Position numbers and translations under genes: made by a program
From: Lepidodermella squamata
Lineage: Eukaryota; Animalia; Gastrotricha
Length of the DNA: 64,000 nt
Direction of reading: 5' to 3'
Assembly (NCBI GenBank): GCA_047495785.1
Contig: JBLDXI010000011.1
Location: 1,116,001-1,180,000, forward strand
Notes under the pieces: model-generated
What the model was told of the DNA's origin: nothing
Seen by the model: only the letters and a program-made list of their open reading frames with translations
The model's database searches: none
Shown: piece after piece, positions 58,846-64,000 of the stretch
How the letters are laid out: every line of letters starts with the position of its first letter
Position numbering within the stretch: the stretch's first letter is position 1

Positions 58846-61800
58846 GAGTACTGCGCACTATAAAAAGTACTACGCGCGCGCATAATACTATGAAATATAC
58901 TTGGCCCGCAATTTTGTGGTAAAAAATGAATGCACTGGACAATTGACCGACAAATATACTGACCTTTTTGTGGATGTTTCCATGAAATTTTCGGATTACC
59001 TGGTGGAGAACAGTCGAGCGTATCCAGAAATTGATAAAAATGCATGTGTAACCGTGGGTTTTCTGCCGTTAGGCGACCTGATAGCGACCTGAAAGTGCAA
59101 AAACCTTGAAAAAATGCACCCACTGGCGTTTTTGGCGGCGCTTCTTCAAGAAGCAGGATGGGTTCAACCACAGGTTTGTCACATTCCCTAGTAGAGCACA
59201 TAAAAGGCTTTGTGGGGAACCAAGAAATAGCTAGTTAATATGGTGGTTATCCACGGCTTTTCAGTCGCTTCCCTCCCGGCTTGCAAATCAGTGAGAAAAT
59301 GAAAATTTGGTGTTTTCAGTCGCTCTTATCTCGAAAAAACCCATGGTTGCACCATAGCTTTTTGTTGTCAAATTGGAGACGGCGCTGGGAGGAAGGTTTT
59401 GACAGGAAAAGCAGCAAGGATCCCCACAGCCTATCCACGACTTTTTCGTCGTGATTAGCACTCACTTCGTCCGACCCAACACCTCGAAAATGCATGACCT
59501 TGCGTCTTTTGGAGCACTGCTGCAGAAACGGAATGGGTTCAACCATAGTTTTGTCAAATTCCCTAGTAGAGCACAACAAGATCTAACTTGGGAAGAAAGA
59601 AGTCCCAGTAAATGTAGTGTTTATCCACTGCTTTTCAGTCTTTTCCCTCCACTTCCGAATCAAGTCCGAATCGAAGGAAAAGTGAGCATTTAGGATCTTT
59701 CATCGCACTCATCTCGAAAAAAACCATGGCAGCACCGTAATTTTTCGTAGTCAAATGGGGGAGGCAATTGAGAAGAAGGTTTTAAAAGGGAAAAAAGCAA
59801 AAACCACCACAACTTATCCACGACTTTTTCGTAATGCTTAGCAATGACATTTCAAGCACAAAATCGAGATTCGGAGCCGTTCTATTCTGAAACCGCACAA
59901 CGCGGAGACTTTATTCCAAGTCTCACAAGTTGATAAAAGTGCCTTCTTCTATAAGGATAACTAATATGCCGGTGATACCATGAATTGGGGTATGCATTCC
60001 GGCCTGAACCGTTGCCCTGACCGCGGCAACAAGACGCTCGAGATGCGGACCCATACCATTTAAAGCCCTGGTATCTGTGGACTGACGTAGTACAGATAGG
60101 TTTCCGATTATCCTTCTTGACTCTCATGCTCGCTTGCATCAACTTAAAGAAAATACGGTGGTAAAACCAGTAGATTTTGCTAATTTCTCCTGCGGAATGC
60201 TCTTTGTGAGATGTAAGTAAGTTGGTTTCCCTTTGATTTAGTAGGAGTGGTAAAGGTACCATTTTGGCACTATGGTAGTCTTCACTTTGTATCAAGAACG
60301 CGGACAAGATTTACTAAAATGCCCACAATGGCAGTTTGATTCATTGTTGCGGCCGCGGTTGGCCCTTGGTCTTGGCCTTGATCTTGCAACAGCATGAGTG
60401 CCTACAACATGCGCCACCGCACCACCGACAACTGGCCTCTTTGTCGAGTTGCGCTGCTGGACTGCCTAGGGATCGGGATAACTTTTCCCGTTGGCGCTAA
60501 AACGTGATAGAGTGCCATCTAATATGGCTAAAATCCTTGCTTTTGAGTCATTTCACTCAACGGTGCACTTTCCAAACCGCGGAAAAACCTTGATCCGTCA
60601 TTTTTCAACTGCGTCAATCGCGTTCTATTGTTGGCGCCGCCCACCGTCAAATTTTTAGCTTCATGTTCAAAGAGCAAAGTAGCTTGCGTGTGCCTTTAGA
60701 ATGGGAAGCATAATCTGGGGGCAGCTGGTTGTATGTAAGTTGGGTAGGTTGCTTTTGGTTAGGACTTAGGACCAGAGGGGAGACTCCCGTAGCCCGATAC
60801 CTCCACATCCATCTCCTTGTAGTTCGATGTTGTGAACATGTAAAGCACTGGGGCCCCGCCAAGGCAGGAGATGATGGTCACTCGTCACTTTTAAACCAAG
60901 ACCAAGTCTCCCAATTTGCTGGTAGCTAGCTAGCTAACGCGTGGAGGCTTTCCTAGACGATCGTTTTACACTCGCCGAGAGTCCACTTTCAACGACAGCA
61001 GGGCGTACGCGACCCGACCCAACATTTGCCGTGAATTACGTTGCCCGCTACCGCCACGGGGAGACTGCCGTTGTCGCTTGAACAGTAGTAAGGTCTACCA
61101 TCAAAAGACTCATTTGGGTAATTTAGTTAAGCTCGGTGGATGGAAGGTTTTAGAGAACTAAATCGTTCAGCCAAACCATGGCTGCAACTCGAAAGCGAGA
61201 AAAGTTGCCAGTGGTTATTAGTACGGCCGAGCATGCCCGCTGCAGGATCCAGCCCAAGGGCCAACCGAGGCCGCTACAATGAATCAGAGGGCCATTGTAG
61301 GCCACTACAGTGATACTTTTCCGACTAACGGTTTTACCACCAAAATGTCTTGGATACGATGCAAGTTAAAACGGGTGTGGATAACTATGATGGGGAACGC
61401 ATCTTTACCAAGCAGCTAAACGGAAACGAGCAACTGAAATCGGACTAAAATCGGATGACTCCTTACCTCAACCATCTTGTTACCGCGGTCTGGGACCGAA
61501 TGGATAGCAAATCGTGGTAGCACCCGCATATTTGCTATTTTATAAGAAGTATGCGCTTCCTTCAACTTGTTACAAGTGAAAAAGGGCTCTGCCGTATAAG
61601 GTCTCGGAACAGCCCAATTTTGAAACTCGATTTTGAGCTTAAAATGTGATTGCCCATCAGGGCGAAAAAGTCGTGGATAAGTTGACGTGGTTCTTGCTGT
61701 TTTCTCTTTTAAAACCTTCTTCTCAATCTCCTCTCCTTTTTGAATACAAAAACTTATGGTGCAGCCATGGGTTTTTTCAAGATAAGTGCCATGAAAGATG

Positions 61801-62648
61801 AAAATGCTCACTTTCTCTTCGATTCGAACTTGAATCGGATATGGAGGGAAAAGGCTTTTAAACTGTGGATAAAAACCGCATTTACTGGAAATTTCTTACT
61901 TCCTTAGTAAGATCTTGTTGTGCTCTACTAGAGAACGCGAAATAACTGTGGTTGAAACCAATCTGTTTCTTGCAGCAATGCCCCAAAAGACGCCATGTCA
62001 TGCAGTTTCGAGGTGTTGGGTCTGACGTAGTGAGTGCTAATCGGGACAAAAAAGTCTTGGACAAGTTGGGGTGGTTCTTGCTGCTTTCCCTGTGAAAACC
62101 TTCCTCCCAGTGCCTTCTCCTATTTCACTACAAAAAGCTACGGTGCAACCATGGGTTTTTTCGAGATAAGACAGGTTAAAACACACCATTTTCACTTTTT
62201 CCTCGTTTTGCAAGCCGGGAAGGAAAAGACTTCAAAGCCGTGGATGACAACCATATTAACTGGCTATTTCTTACTTCGCTGATAGGCTCTCCATGTGCTC
62301 TGCTAGGGAATGTGAAAAAACTGTGGTTGAACCCATTTTGTTCCTCGCAGAAACGCCGCTAAAGGCGCCAGTATTTGCATTTTTCCAAGGTTTTTGCACT
62401 TTCGGATCGCTATCAGGTCGCCTAACGGCAGAAAACCCACGGTTACACATGCATTTTTATCAATTTCTGGATACGTCCGACTGTTCTCTACCAGGTAATC
62501 CGAAAATTTCATGGTATCATCCACAAAAGCGCATTATATTTGTTGGTCATTTGTCCAGTGCATTCATTATTTTTCACACAGAATGCGGGCTATAAGTATA
62601 TCTTATAATATTATGCGCGCGTAGTACTGTTTATAGTGCGCAGTACTC
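58846..62648. mobile_element. ~3.8-kb fold-back element with long degenerate inverted arms containing internal sub-repeats
   Basis: GAGTACTGCGCACTATAAA ... TTTATAGTGCGCAGTACTC. Homologous antiparallel ORF-track entries (58809-59201 vs 62293-62595). Pairing is still visible at ~60320-60440 vs ~61200-61305. Confidence 0.8.
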
Positions 62649-63203
62649 TGTATAGAGGTTTTTTCTCGCTGGTCGCCTTTAGCGCAAAATCATCGTTTAA
62701 TCGGAGTTTACGGTCATGGTCAATGGAAACGGTGCAGAGGGTGTGGCAAGGTCATTTCTTCATAAATATAAAATAATTAATTTGTGGATATCACGGCAGA
62801 AATATACAGCGAAGTTGAGGCTGTTGCTATCTGTAACATGCTGCCATGGCCAGCGCCGCCCACTGACGCCTGTCACGTCCTGTCACGGCCTGCCGTTGAC
62901 TGCTTCATTTCGGTATGGTCCCTTAGGGATGTCATACTCTGTTTTATTAGCTATTAGCTCTGTCAATTAGAGAAAAATGCCACAATCTTAAATCAGGAAC
63001 CAGCCATTTCATATTCGTCGGATGTCTATATAACAATACGGTCTATATAGGCGATTCGTGCGCTAAATCAAAAAATCACACGGAAAGAGTGATAATGCAC
63101 AACGTCAAAAATAGCGTTAATAAGCCTTAAAGATTTCACTGGTTAACTGTATAACAACTCGATAGCCGAACTGATTATTTTCGAGTTTTAAGTTGAAGCA
63201 GAA

Positions 63204-64000
63204 TTACGCTGGCGTGGTTGATGAGCACTTTTCGAAGTTGGTGATGCCGTATGCTGATGCAGTACCCCAAGTATTTACGTTCAGATTTTGTGCGTCCTTT
63301 TGACCACCGAATATTCCAGTACAGCAGGCAGCAAAAGTAGAGTAAATGTACACACTGGCGCTGTTAGATTGAACAGTGTTCTGGGAAAAATACACTTATT
63401 GACAGTTAGCGTGCAATCTTTGGCAAACTCACAATGCCCGTAGTAGCGATTCCGTCAGCATTAGCGTTGGCCGTATAAGGAAAGCGGACGCAGTAACCGA
63501 TTCTTGTACCGCCGTTTGCAACTCTGTACGGCGTAGTATCTACCCCGCCAACACAGACCAGTGTAGGATTGCTGGTGCCCTGTTTCGGAAGGTATTCATA
63601 TACGATATTTGCCGTTTGGCCGCTCGCAACAGTATTTGTACAGCAAGTGCCAAAGTCAGTGTAGCTGTTAGGCACACTCGCCGTCGCGGTTGCTTGCTGA
63701 TTAAAATACATATTGATGAGCGACTCCTGAAAACGTAATTAGTTAATGTCTTACAGTAACGCCGCTTGTAAACACCGAAGTACATGTCGCGCCACTTGCG
63801 ATACAAAACTGTATGTTGGACTGCTGGATAGCCGGAGTTGGTGTTGTAGCACCTTGCGTTGTGGCGATTGTGCACAGTTGGTATGTAACCTGAATGCAGA
63901 AAGAATACAATTTCGAGATGGCGTGAAATGCATCAGGTGTTTTACGGTTGTTTGGCAGCTTTTCGTCGTATCACTGCAAAGGTTGCTCGTTGGAACGCAG
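63204..64000 (-). CDS. Copy G: diverged paralog of the Cys/Thr-rich protein gene (5' end beyond the window)
   Basis: Exons 3-4 encode identical protein. Exon 2 has 5 aa changes (VTYQLCTIATTQGATTPTPAIQQSNIQFCIASGATCTSVFTSGVT). Splice sites intact. Confidence 0.85.

Overview
Eukaryotic, almost certainly invertebrate animal, genomic DNA: standard code, very dense ~50-65 nt GT-AG introns and many MITEs. The window has three parts. (1) 1-8.7 kb is a repeat-rich intergenic region with a CMC/EnSpm-like non-autonomous element and an intronless 280-aa orphan ORF. (2) 8749-30503 (+) is one giant, intron-dense gene for an apparently secreted mosaic protein of roughly 4,000 aa (rough estimate): signal peptide, LamG/pentraxin-like domain, ~21 EGF, 8 C-type lectin, 3 F5/8C discoidin, 4 fibrinogen C-terminal, PAN and 4 Sushi/CCP domains. 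It has micro-exons down to 11 nt. (3) 31.5-64 kb is an actively rearranging cluster with 7 copies of a 4-exon gene for an unrecognised 260-aa secreted Cys/Thr-rich protein. Four copies sit in a 2463-bp tandem array, and two of these are killed by a TIR element that left no target-site duplication. Two form the arms of a 7.9-kb palindrome centred on a dead CR1 LINE. One is an older paralog with patchwork, gene-conversion-like divergence. Also present are a chromovirus integrase/chromodomain fragment, a tRNA-Met-derived fold-back element and several fold-back palindromes. All calls are by eye; no database searches were run.
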